Below the pieces are notes generated by a model. That model saw only the letters and a list, made by a program, of their open reading frames with translations. It made no database searches and had not been told where the DNA came from. DNA of 26,625 bases from Octopus sinensis (Eukaryota): positions 1-26,625 of the forward strand of contig NW_021834130.1 of assembly GCF_006345805.1 (NCBI RefSeq), read 5' to 3'. Below are positions 8,880 to 19,929 of the stretch, piece after piece. The translations under genes and the position numbers were made by a program. Position 1 is the stretch's first letter, and the number at the start of each line of letters is the position of its first letter.

Positions 8880-10208
8880 GGCGGCGAGCTGGCAGAAACA
8901 TTAGCACGCCGGGCGAAATGCTTAGCGGTATTTCGTCTGCGTTACGTTGTGAGTTCAAATTCCGCCGAGGTTGACTTTGCCTTTCATCCTTTCGGAGTCG
9001 ATAAATTAAGTACCAGTTACGCACTGGGGTCGATGTAATCGACTTAATACCTATGTCTGTCCTTGTTTGTCCTCCCTGTGTTTAGCCCCTTGTGGTAGTA
9101 AAGAAATAGTTATTTCGTCTGCCGTTACGTTCTGAGTTCAAATCCGCCGAGGTTGACTTTGCCTTTCATCCTTTCGGAGTCGATAAATTAAGTACCAGTA
9201 CGCACTGGGGTCGATGTAATCGACTTAATACCTATGTCTGTCCTTGTTTGTCCTCCCTGTGTTTAGCCCCTGTGGGTAGTAAAGAAATAGTTATTTCGTC
9301 TGCCGTTACGTTCTGAGTTCAAATTCCGCCGAGGTTGACTTTGCTTTCATCCTTTCGGAGTCGATAAATTAAGTACCAGTTACGCACTGGGGTCGATGTA
9401 ATCGACTTAATACCTATGTCTGTCCTTGTTTGTCCTCCCTGTGTTTAGCCCCTTGTGGGTAGTAAAGAAATAGTTATTTCGTCTGCCGTTACGTTCTGAG
9501 TTCAAATTCCGCCGAGGTTGACTTTGCCTTTCATCCTTTCGGAGTCGATAAATTAAGTACCAGTTACGCACTGGGGTCGATGTAATCGACTTAATACCTA
9601 TGTCTGTCCTTGTTTGTCCTCCCTGTGTTTAGCCCCTTGTGGGTAGTAAAGAAATAGTTATTTCGTCTGCCGTTACGTTCTGAGTTCAAATTCCGCCGAG
9701 GTTGACTTTGCCTTTCATCCTTTCGGAGTCGATAAATTAAGTACCAGTTACGCACTGGGGTCGATGTAATCGACTAACAACCTATGTCTGTCCTTGTTTG
9801 TCCTCCCTGTGTTTAGCCCCTTGTGGGTAGTAAAGAAATAGTTATTTCGTCTGCCGTTACGTTGTGAGTTCAAATTCCGCCGAGGTTGACTTTGCCTTTC
9901 ATCCTTTCGGAGTCGATAAATTAAGTACCAGTTACGCACTGGGGTCGATGTAATCGACTTAACACCTATGTCTGTCCTTGTTTGTCCTCCCTGTGTTTAG
10001 CCCCTTGTGGGTAGTAAAGAAATAGTTATTTCGTCTGCCGTTACGTTGTGAGTTCAAATTCCGCCGAGGTTGACTTTGCCTTTCATCCTTTCGGGGTCGA
10101 TAAATTAAGTACCAGTTACGCACTGGGGTCGATGTAATCGACTTTATACCTATGTCTGTCCTTGTTTGTCCCCTCTGTGTTTAGCCCCTTGTGGGTAATA
10201 AAGAAATA
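8880..10208 (+). mobile_element. SINE B head plus seven ~184-bp headless tandem units, 12-bp TSD
   Basis: Unit starts 8929, 9111, 9292, 9475, 9659, 9843, 10027; TSD ggtatgaacaaa at 8864-8875 and 10209-10220. Confidence 0.95.
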
Positions 10209-10681
10209 GGTATGAACAAACCTCGGAAGGAGTCACCGACAACGAGAATTGCGAAATCCTGTGGGATGCGATGATTCAGTGCGACCATCAGATAAGATAT
10301 CGGAAACCTGATTTTGTGGTGTGTAAAAATGGAAAAATCTTGCATGATAATGGTCGTAACATATCCTAATAACAACAAGATCAAAGAGAAAGACAAAGCA
10401 AAACTGGAAAACTACGATGATTTGAAGTGGGGAGAACGCAGGTTGTGAGCAACGAAGATAGAGGATGTGATACCAATAGGGATTGGCGCGGTTGGAGGCA
10501 TCAGCACTGAACTACCAACATGGTTCAAAAAGATTGGTACAAATCTAAAAATAGAACACCGACAAAAATCTCTGCAGTGTTCTTGAAGCATGATCAGTAA
10601 ACAATATGTCACCTTTGTCACATGGTTGTGGACAGCTGACTATTCTATCAAGCCCAGCAAAATAAGTTGAGAGTTTTCATC

Positions 10682-10694
10682 AAATAATAATAAC

Positions 10695-10761
<67 letters not shown>

Positions 10762-10762
10762 T
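10682..10762 (+). repeat. (AAT)n tail of LINE
   Basis: direct reading. Confidence 0.95.
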
Positions 10763-10766
10763 TAAT

Positions 10767-11179
10767 CGCAGGAGTGGCTGTGTGGTAAGTAGCTTGTTTA
10801 CCAACCACATGGTTCCGGGTTCAGTCTCACTGCGTGGCACCTTGGGCAAGTGTCTTCTACTATAGCCTCGGGCCGACCAAAGCCTTGTGAGTGGATTTGG
10901 TAGACGGAAACTGAAAGAAGCCCGTCGTATATATGTATATATATATATATATATGCGTGTGTGTGTTCGTGTGTCTGTTTTTGTCCTCCTAGCATTGCTT
11001 GACAACCGATGTTGGTGTGTTTACGTCCCCGTTACTTAGCGGTTCGGCAAAAGAGACCGATAGAATAAGTACTGGGCTTACAAAAGAATAAGTCCCGGGG
11101 TCGAGTTGATCGACTAAAGGCGGTGCTCCAGCAGGGCCGCAGTCAAATGACTGAAACAAGTAAAAGAGTAAAGAGTAAA

Positions 11180-11180
<1 letters not shown>
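10767..11180 (+). mobile_element. SINE A, inserted in AAT tract
   Basis: collinear with other A copies; AAT on both sides. Confidence 0.92.
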
Positions 11181-11231
<51 letters not shown>

Positions 11232-11470
11232 CAACAATAATAACAAGAGCATTAAGAGACCGCAAACCTTCGACAAGGAAACACCAACGTCCTCTCAAAG
11301 ATTAGCCAGAGATGATTTTTAAAATGGGAATATCTGAAGTAAACCCGATTGCTCTCTGAAACGAGAATACTAAAAATAAAAACACCGACCGCTCTCAAAA
11401 TGTAAGTAAACACACCGGAAGGATAATCCAGAATCTTTGTCCGGTGCTGGATTGGTCCCAAAATCCAATC

Positions 11471-11612
11471 AATAATAATAATAATATTAATAAAAGAATA
11501 ATAATAATATAATAATAATAATACTATACTACTACTAATAATAATAATAATAATATAATAATAATAATAATAATAATAATATTAATAATAATAATAACAA
11601 TAATAATAATAT

Positions 11613-11647
<35 letters not shown>

Positions 11648-11718
11648 TAATAATAATAATAATAATATTAATAATAATAATAATAATAATAATAATGATG
11701 ATGATGATGATGATGATG

Positions 11719-11753
<35 letters not shown>

Positions 11754-11798
11754 TAATAATAATAATAATAACGATAATTATCAATAATAATAATAATA

Positions 11799-11838
<40 letters not shown>

Positions 11839-11918
11839 GATAATAATAATAATAATAATAATAAATAATATAATAATAATAATGATAATAATAATAATAA
11901 TGTATTAACAATAATAAT
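11471..11918 (+). repeat. long degenerate (AAT)n tract
   Basis: direct reading. Confidence 0.95.
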
Positions 11919-12441
11919 TGCCCTATGCAGTACCAGGCAGAGGCTCTCATGGCTTCTGATCTTAACTGATTGGAAGTGCTATCATGTACATTGTTTTGTC
12001 TTGGTATAAAAGATGGGATACAGCAAATATTCTGCTCAACGTCACAGATTTGCTTGTCAGTTGTTTGACCTTAACCTTAACCAGTTGAGCATGTCCCTTG
12101 GTGGCTGACAATATGTGCATCTCTGATAACGATCAGAAATTGTGGGGGAGCATCATAGCCATGTGTTGAGAGGGATTCTTTGGGGTTTGAATAATTAACC
12201 TCTGGAAACATGGGTGTTTCGTTCGACATCCTTAAACGACCCTTATTGAGAAAATTCTAACTGGGCCCCACCTGCAAGGTCATGCGCTGTTTGTCTTGAT
12301 ATGAGATCACCATGTCGCGCACATATGGTTGTGATGAATGTGCCTAGTGTACCCTTATCAGACGGGTAGTTATGATGGGTATACTGGGCTTCGTATATTT
12401 TTACCCAGTGTCACTTTGATGGCATGCATGCTCTCTCACTC
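11919..12441 (+). mobile_element. element D, copy 2
   Basis: collinear with copy 1 from tgccct..gcagtaccaggcag to ctctctcactc; internal deletion near 12245. Confidence 0.85.
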
Positions 12442-12464
12442 AATAAAATAATAATAATAATATC

Positions 12465-12537
<73 letters not shown>

Positions 12538-12625
12538 CAATAAAACAACAACAACAACAGCAGTAATAATAATAATAATGATAATAAAATAATAATAATG
12601 ATAATAATAATAATAATAAATTATT
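12442..12625 (+). repeat. (AAT)n tract
   Basis: direct reading. Confidence 0.95.
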
Positions 12626-12629
12626 ATAA

Positions 12630-13395
<766 letters not shown>

Positions 13396-13923
13396 GCAGA
13401 GATTGAACGATTTTTAATTGCAGTACAAGATCAAAGCCATCCCACCAGAAATCATCAAAAGCACAAAATGAAAAGAAATACAAGTAACTTCAGAATATGT
13501 GGTGATGGAGAAGAAGCAATAAATCATATTGTCACTGGCTGTCCAGTCCTGGCTGAGAAGAAATATGTTCACAGACACGACAGAGTTGAAACTTATATAC
13601 ACTGTAAGCTATGCCAATACTATGGAATAACAAGAGAGAAAAAATGGTATAGGCACACGCCAGAAAGGGTCACAGAAAACGAGGAAGCAACCATATACTG
13701 AGATATTCCAATGCACACAAATATAAAAATTAATACCATTTGACGGATATAGTTGTCAGAGATCACCAAGAAAAATGCTTTCTAATCGATGAATCAATAC
13801 CAACAGATGACAATATTTCTTTAAAAGGAACTCTCAGGCACCGCACACATCCGCCATAAAACATTTCCAATACAGTGAAAATAAGAGCACCACAACAAAC
13901 CACAGCACATACCCAAGGTACAC
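13396..13923 (+). mobile_element. older R4/Dong-like LINE CCHC/RLE fragment with internal deletion
   Basis: FLIAVQDQ..FRICGDGEEAINHIVTGCPVLAEKKYVHRHDRV..; jumps from DDNISLK to GTAHI; partial type 2 UTR. Confidence 0.85.
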
Positions 13924-13924
13924 T

Positions 13925-14426
13925 CATGCAGTAACCAGGCAGTGGCTCTCGTGGCTTCTGATCTTAACTGACTGGAAGTGTTATCATGTACATTGTTTTG
14001 TCTTGGTATAAAAGATGGGCTACAGCAAATATTTTGCTGAATACCACAGATTTGCTTGTCAGTTGTTTGAGCATGACCCTTGAAGAAGTAGTGAGGGAGC
14101 ATTATAGCCATGTGTTGAGAGGAACTCTTTGGGGGTTTGAATAATTCCCCTTTGGAAGCATGAGTGCTTCGTTCAACATCCTTAAACGACCCTTATTCAG
14201 GAACCTTTTGAGCAGGATGGGCTACTCGACCTGAAGAAAATTCTAACTGGGCCCCACCTGCAGCATCATACGCCTCTTATCTTATTATGAGATCACCATG
14301 TAACCCACATATAGATGTGATGCATGTTCCTAGTGTACCCTTATCGGACAGATAGTCATGATGGGTATACTGGGCTTCGTATGTCTTAGCCGTGTCATCT
14401 CGATGGCATGCACTGCACTCTCATTC
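13925..14426 (+). mobile_element. element D, copy 3 (internally deleted)
   Basis: collinear with copies 1 and 2; followed by (AAT)n. Confidence 0.85.
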
Positions 14427-14484
<58 letters not shown>

Positions 14485-14492
14485 TAATAATA
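14427..14492 (+). repeat. (AAT)n tract
   Basis: direct reading. Confidence 0.97.
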
Positions 14493-14495
14493 GCA

Positions 14496-14706
14496 ATCCT
14501 TTCTACTAAGGGCAAAAGGACTAAAATTTGGGGGGAGGGAGCTAGTCGATTATATCGACTCCAGTGTTTCACTAGTACTTAATTCATTGACACAGAAAAG
14601 ATGGAAAGTAAAGTCTCTCTCGGCGGAATTTGAACGCAGCATCTAAGGATAGACGAAATGCCCCTAAATATTTAGCCCGGCGTGCTAACGATTCGGCCAG
14701 CCCACC
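14496..14706 (-). mobile_element. SINE B, diverged, tail type 2
   Basis: reverse complement has head ggtgggctggccgaatcgttagcacg, gtcgatataatcgac and tail 2. Confidence 0.8.
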
Positions 14707-14748
14707 CACCGCCAAACAACCAGTTGTTGGAGAATCTGAGTAATAATA

Positions 14749-14865
14749 ATGGTTCCAAATTTAGGCACAAGGCTAACAATTTTCAGGAAGCGGTTAGTTA
14801 GTCAGTACCAGTGACCCCCAATATTGGTACTTCCGTTTATCGACCCCGAAACGGCAAAAAGTGGA
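14749..14865 (-). mobile_element. SINE B fragment, tail type 3
   Basis: tttcggggtcgataaa..gtaccaat and ccttgtgcctaaatttggaaccatt on minus strand. Confidence 0.65.
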
Positions 14866-14889
14866 TGATTTATTTTTTTCTTTTTTAAA

Positions 14890-14937
14890 TATTTTATCTA
14901 GTTTCAGCTCACGAGCTGTGGCCATGCTGGGGCACCG
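14890..14937 (-). mobile_element. SINE A-related 3' end (variant hairpin)
   Basis: minus: cggtgccccagcatggccacagctcgtgagctgaaactagataaaata. Confidence 0.7.
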
Positions 14938-15210
14938 TAATCACAAGGGCTAATAAACAAACAACATTACAAAGACAAGATTAGATAAAATGGAGGAGGG
15001 TTTTACGTGTGAAGAAAATGTGAACAAAAGCAGTCGTAAGTAACAAGGAAATTTTAACAAGGAAAATCCGCCGCTTCAAAAGCACAGCCCCCCCCCCCAC
15101 CTTTCAGAAACACATGGGAATCCCTCGGAAACACAATCATTATAATCACGCAGGCAGGGCTCCCTTTCTAAGCTGTCCCCCTTCTATTTTTAAAAGCCCA
15201 TGCTCTTAGA

Positions 15211-15356
15211 GGGGGAGGGGGAGGACCAGGGGAGGGGAGGAGGAGGAGGGAGAAGAAGAAGAAGAAGAAGAAGAAGAAGAAGAAGAAGAATGAGGAAGAA
15301 AAGAAGAAGAAGAAGAAGAAGAAGAAGAAGAAGAAGAAGAAGAAGAAGAAGAAGAA
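15211..15356 (+). repeat. G-tract cluster then (GAA)n
   Basis: direct reading. Confidence 0.9.
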
Positions 15357-15507
15357 TGGTGATGTTATGCAAGTGTTTCGCTTTCTGCGTTTGTTACACC
15401 CCAAGTCTGTGAAAATATAAAATATAGTTTTTATGTATGAAAATATAAGGTTTTCGTTTGCCATGTAGTAATGATGATATATATATATATATGAAATACT
15501 GATGATA

Positions 15508-16022
15508 TACATGGAAGTATTGTCCTGCCAAAAATAGTCTACTCAGGAGAAGCTTGGGAAATGACAACCAAGATCACTCAGAGGTTGAACGCGTTCCACT
15601 AACGGTGTCTACACAGAATGCTCAAGATCACTTCCAAGAATAGACCCAGAAATTCTGAAGTCTTGAGAAGATATTTCTTTATTGCCCACAAGGGGCTAAA
15701 CATAGAGGGGACAAACAAGGACAGACAAAGGGATAAAGTCGATTACATCTACCCCAGTGAGTAACTGGTACTTAAATTATCGATCCCGAAAGGATGAAAG
15801 GCAAAGTCGACCTCGGCGGAATTTGAACTCACAACGTAGCGGCAGACGAAATACGGCTACGCATTTCGCCCGGCGCGCTAACGATTCTGCCAGCTCGCCG
15901 AAGAGCCAGTTTGTATAGTCTGCAAGAGATTGTGGTGGAAAGATAGAGGAGACTTTGCATGTCTTGTTTTCTAACTGCCAGAAGAACAAATACTCAGGTC
16001 AACGATACGGGAGAAAATAAGA
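15508..16022 (+). mobile_element. RTE-like LINE C-terminal fragment split by SINE B
   Basis: SIVLPKIVYSGEAWEMTTKITQRLNAFH*RCLHRMLKI..NSEVLRR|ASLYSLQEIVVER after removing SINE and one TSD copy. Confidence 0.75.
15672..15899 (-). mobile_element. SINE B full-length, 5-bp TSD
   Basis: gaaga at 15667-15671 and 15900-15904; removal restores the reading frame. Confidence 0.9.
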
Positions 16023-16158
16023 CAGGATACCTTCATTAATGATTTTATGCATTTCAACATCTCATGAAATTTGCACGTTCCATCAGATAAAACAAAAACC
16101 TAATTAAATTTATAAAAATTTGTACAAACAAATATTTAGTAATGTTACGAAAACTTAA

Positions 16159-16293
16159 GGCGGAGAGCTGGCTGAATCGTTAGCGCGCCGAGTGAACTGC
16201 CTAGTGGTATTTCGTCCGTCTTTACGTTCTGAGTTCAAATTCCGCCGAGGTCGACTCTGCTTTTCATCTTTTCGGGGTCGATTAAATAAGTAC
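16159..16293 (+). mobile_element. SINE B, 3'-truncated
   Basis: head ggcggagagctggctgaatcgttagc through gtcgattaaataagtac. Confidence 0.85.
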
Positions 16294-16986
16294 TTAATGT
16301 GTTTTAAAGGTTGCCTAACCATTTATATTTTAGATGAGAGTTTAATTTTAATTTCAAGTTTTAATTTATTATAAAGCCGTAAAAATACAAGATATTACAT
16401 TCAGGTAAACATTGAAAAGTTTTAAAAGGTTGTCTCCGATATTGGTATTTTAATTAAAACTTTATTTCAATTAATTTGCTATGAATCATATATCTTCTTT
16501 TTTTTTTTTGTTGTACTTTATGTCAGTTTAGATAGGTAGGCGTAGTAACATTACTTCTACGGAATAACAAACAAGCAAATAAATTGACCGTATCATTGCG
16601 TATTTATTGCTAAACCATTAACTACAGCCAAATCAGGTGAGGGTAATTCATTTCTCAAGATAGCGTTTGTATTTCAATTTAGATTTTTACTTCGGTCAAT
16701 TAACTGTGAAACACCCCCACACATGCACACGCACACACACACAGACACACTTTCAAGTCTTTTGCATCAGTATTTGTAACATTAAAGAGCAAATACCGGC
16801 ACAATTTCGAATTTATAAATGATTAGTTGAAAGTGGATAGGCCAGAAACAACAATTTACTTTTCTTGTTGAATAGAAATAGGTTGGTACTAAAAAGGAAA
16901 CAAAGACCTAGTGGGTATATTGTTCAGAGATGAACTGGTACAGTTAATATATCACAAATGAACGAAAAGCACATATTACAGTGTAT

Positions 16987-17239
16987 GTGGAGGCGCGTGG
17001 CTTAGTGGTTAGGTTGTCAGCATCATGATCGTAAGATTGTGGTTTCGATTCCTGGACCGGGCGATGCGTTGTGTTCTTGAACAAAACACTTCATTTCCCG
17101 TTGCTCCAGGCCACTCAGCTGGCAAAAATGAGTAACGCTGCGATGGACTGGCATCCCGTCCAGCTGGGGGGAACACATACGCCATTGAAACCGGGAAACC
17201 GGGCCCATGAGCCTGGCTAGGCTTTAAAAGAGCGCATAA
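16987..17239 (+). mobile_element. SINE C (tRNA head, CORE-like body, tail X), tandem copy 1
   Basis: A box tggcttagtgg, B box ggtttcgattcc; 253-bp period. Confidence 0.9.
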
Positions 17240-17509
17240 GTGGAGGCACGTGGCATAGTGGTTAGGGTGTCAGCATCATGATCGTAAGATTGTGGTTTCG
17301 ATTCCTGGACCAGGCGACGCGTTGTGCTCTTGAGCAAAACACTTCATTTCCCGTTGCTCCAGGCTACTCAGCTGGCAAAAATGAGTAACGCTGCGATGGA
17401 CTGGCATCCCGTCCAGCTGGGGGGGAACACATACGCCATTGAAACCGAGAAACCGGGCCCATGAGCCTGGCTAGGCTTTAAAAGGGAGCATTTATTTATT
17501 ATTTTATTA
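17240..17509 (+). mobile_element. SINE C tandem copy 2 with (TTTA)-type tail
   Basis: about 10 differences from copy 1 by eye. Confidence 0.9.
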
Positions 17510-17560
17510 CATTGTATAAAATGTGTGTGTATGTGTGTCTCTGTGTCTCTGTGTGTGTAT

Positions 17561-17840
17561 ATGAAGCCTAATTTCTCAGATTTGGTATCTAGGCAGTGTG
17601 TTACATATCCCAGTTCCCCAATAATTACAGGTATAAACCTGTACTTGTAATCTAGGTAGAGTACTATTATGGTCTTCTCAATAGTTCAGCATAGGTGTTC
17701 TCTTTCTCGCTGATCTTCAGCTTTACGTTAACAACCTTTGAGCGGTTGATTTCCACAATTGTACACAGTTTCTCTTCTCTGTCTCAAACTACTGAGTCAG
17801 ATCCACTGTTTTTACATTTTATTGAGATTTTCTCTGGGAC
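17561..17840 (-). mobile_element. RLE-domain LINE fragment, distinct family
   Basis: Minus: KISIKCKNSGSDSVV*DREEKLCTIVEIN..NVKLKISEKENTYAELLR..DYKYRFIPVIIGELGYVTHCL..EKLGF. Confidence 0.75.
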
Positions 17841-17854
17841 GTGTATGTATGTAT

Positions 17855-17886
<32 letters not shown>

Positions 17887-17935
17887 TGTATGTATGTATG
17901 TATGTATGTATGTATGTATGTATGTATGTATGTAT

Positions 17936-17967
<32 letters not shown>

Positions 17968-17972
17968 TGTAT

Positions 17973-18004
<32 letters not shown>

Positions 18005-18516
18005 TGTATATATGAATGTATGTATGTATGTATGTATGTATGTGTGTGTGTATGAATGTATGTGTGTATGTATGTATGTATGTGTATGTGTGTATGTGTA
18101 CGTATGTATGTGTGTATGTATGTATGTGTGTATTGGCCTATGTATGTACGTATGTATGTATGTTTGTGTGTTTGTATGTGTATGTGTGATTGGTTTTATG
18201 TGTGTTTGTATGCATGCATGTGTGTATGTAAGTACAACACATACATGCATACATTCATACATACATACATACATAACCATACATACATACCTACATACAT
18301 ACATACATAACATACAATGTACTTTACACACATACATCTGCATCTACATACATACATACATACATACATACATACATACATACATACATACATACATACA
18401 TACATACATACATACATACTAATACATACAATGCATACATACATTACATACATACATACATACATAACATACATACATACATACATACATACATACATAC
18501 ATACATACATACATAC
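17841..18516. repeat. (TATG)n followed by (CATA)n
   Basis: direct reading; switch near 18235. Confidence 0.95.
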
Positions 18517-18900
18517 TGATTATCACATGATTCGCTAATAATATTTTGATGAAAATTCCGGTGAAATTTCTAATTTGTCTCTACATAATGAATGAATTTA
18601 CAATTAAGAATCTAATGTGATAAATTTCACAAAACTTTCGGTTCTAGAGTTATTCAGTAATTTTACGGTCGAATAAAAATACATTTACTCTTATGTATTG
18701 ATCTTTGCTTCGTTTGTTTGTTCTATCACATCTGTTTTGCCTCCTTTGATCGATGAGTTCCGAATGCAAGTTTGAATTCTGCAACCTCAGACAGAACTGC
18801 ATCTTCTCCTACACTCAATGGGCATAGGATAGGATATAGAATGTTTATAAGAAGTTTGTTGTGAAAGAGGACCGAAACAAGTAAAATATTTACAACTATA

Positions 18901-19077
18901 GGCGCAGGAGTGGCTGGTGTGGTAAGTAGCTTGTTTACCAGCCACATGGTTCCGGGTTCAGTCCCACTGCATGACACCTTGGGCAAGTGTCTTTACTATA
19001 GCCTCGGGCCGACCAAAGCCTGTGAGTGGATTTGGTAGACGGAAACTGAAAGAAGCCCGTCGTATATATGTATATAA

Positions 19078-19132
<55 letters not shown>

Positions 19133-19360
19133 TGTGGTGCATGTATGTTTGTGTGTCTGTGTTTGTCCCCCTAACATTGCTTGACAACCGATGCTGGGGT
19201 GTTATGTCCCCGTTACTAGCGGTTCGGCAAAAGAGACCGATAGAATAAGTACTGGGCTTACAAAAAGAATAAGTCCCGGGGTCGAGTTGCTCGACTAAAG
19301 GCGGTGCTCCAGCATGGCCGCAGTCAAATGACTGAAACAAGTAAAAGAGTAAAAGAGTAA
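18901..19360 (+). mobile_element. SINE A full-length
   Basis: ggcgcaggagtggc head, internal (TA)n, gagtaaaa tail. Confidence 0.92.
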
Positions 19361-19677
19361 TAGAGCATCTTCTTAAAGGCATGAAGTGCTCCTCCGAAAA
19401 AAGGAGGCCTGAATAATTAACTAGTACGAAATTCGGATCGAAGACCAGAAAATGTTTGCCGAAAACTAAAGCAGTTAACGTCTTTGAGTTTGAATACTTG
19501 AATATAATAAAGCAATGTCCAGAACTTATTCTGTTACCTTTCAGGATAACTTCATTAATGATTTTATGCATTTCAACATCTCATGAAATTTGCATGTTCC
19601 ATCAGATAAAACAAAAGCCTAATTAAATTTATAAAAATTTGTATAAACAAATATTTAGTAATATTACGAAAACTTAA

Positions 19678-19918
19678 GGCGGAGAGCTGGCTGAATCGTT
19701 AGCGCCCCGGGCAAAATGCTTAGCGGTGTTTCGTCTGCCGTTACATTCTGAGTTCAAATTCCGGCGAGATCGACTTTACCTTTCATCCTTTCGGGGTCGA
19801 TAAATTAAGTAGCAGTTATGCACTGGTGGTCGATATAATCGATTTAATCCGTTTGTCTGTCCTTGTTTGTCCCCTCTGTGTTTAGCTCCTTGTGGGTAAT
19901 ATAGAAATAGGTATTTCT
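19678..19918 (+). mobile_element. SINE B full-length, tail 1
   Basis: head to aaataggtatttc. Confidence 0.9.
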
Positions 19919-19929
19919 TCCGTTAAGAA

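Larger units (their letters stand above)
7250..10681 (+). mobile_element. 5'-truncated R4/Dong-like LINE (RT + CCHC + RLE), degenerate, interrupted by two SINE B insertions
   Basis: IDYRKAYNMIPHSWI; QGDGLS (7472); FMDD (7588-7599); DRLYLSRRKSGRGL; CRMCGERDVTIWHIVSEC (8707-8760); RHD (8791); KPD (10304-10312); frameshifts and stops; 3'UTR into (AAT)n. Confidence 0.92.

Noticed and set aside
8929-10208. CRISPR-like or retrozyme-type array
   Set aside because: No unique spacers, units are SINE bodies, and no CUGANGA/GAAA hammerhead core was found on either strand of the unit.
16582-16701. 9-bp inverted repeat aattgaccg/cggtcaatt and nearby splice-like signals
   Set aside because: Too short to be significant; candidate exon 16527-16637 has stops in all frames.
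16987-17065. tRNA genes here and at 8880, 18901, 21211, 26346
   Set aside because: All are A/B-box heads continuing into SINE bodies, without a complete standard cloverleaf.
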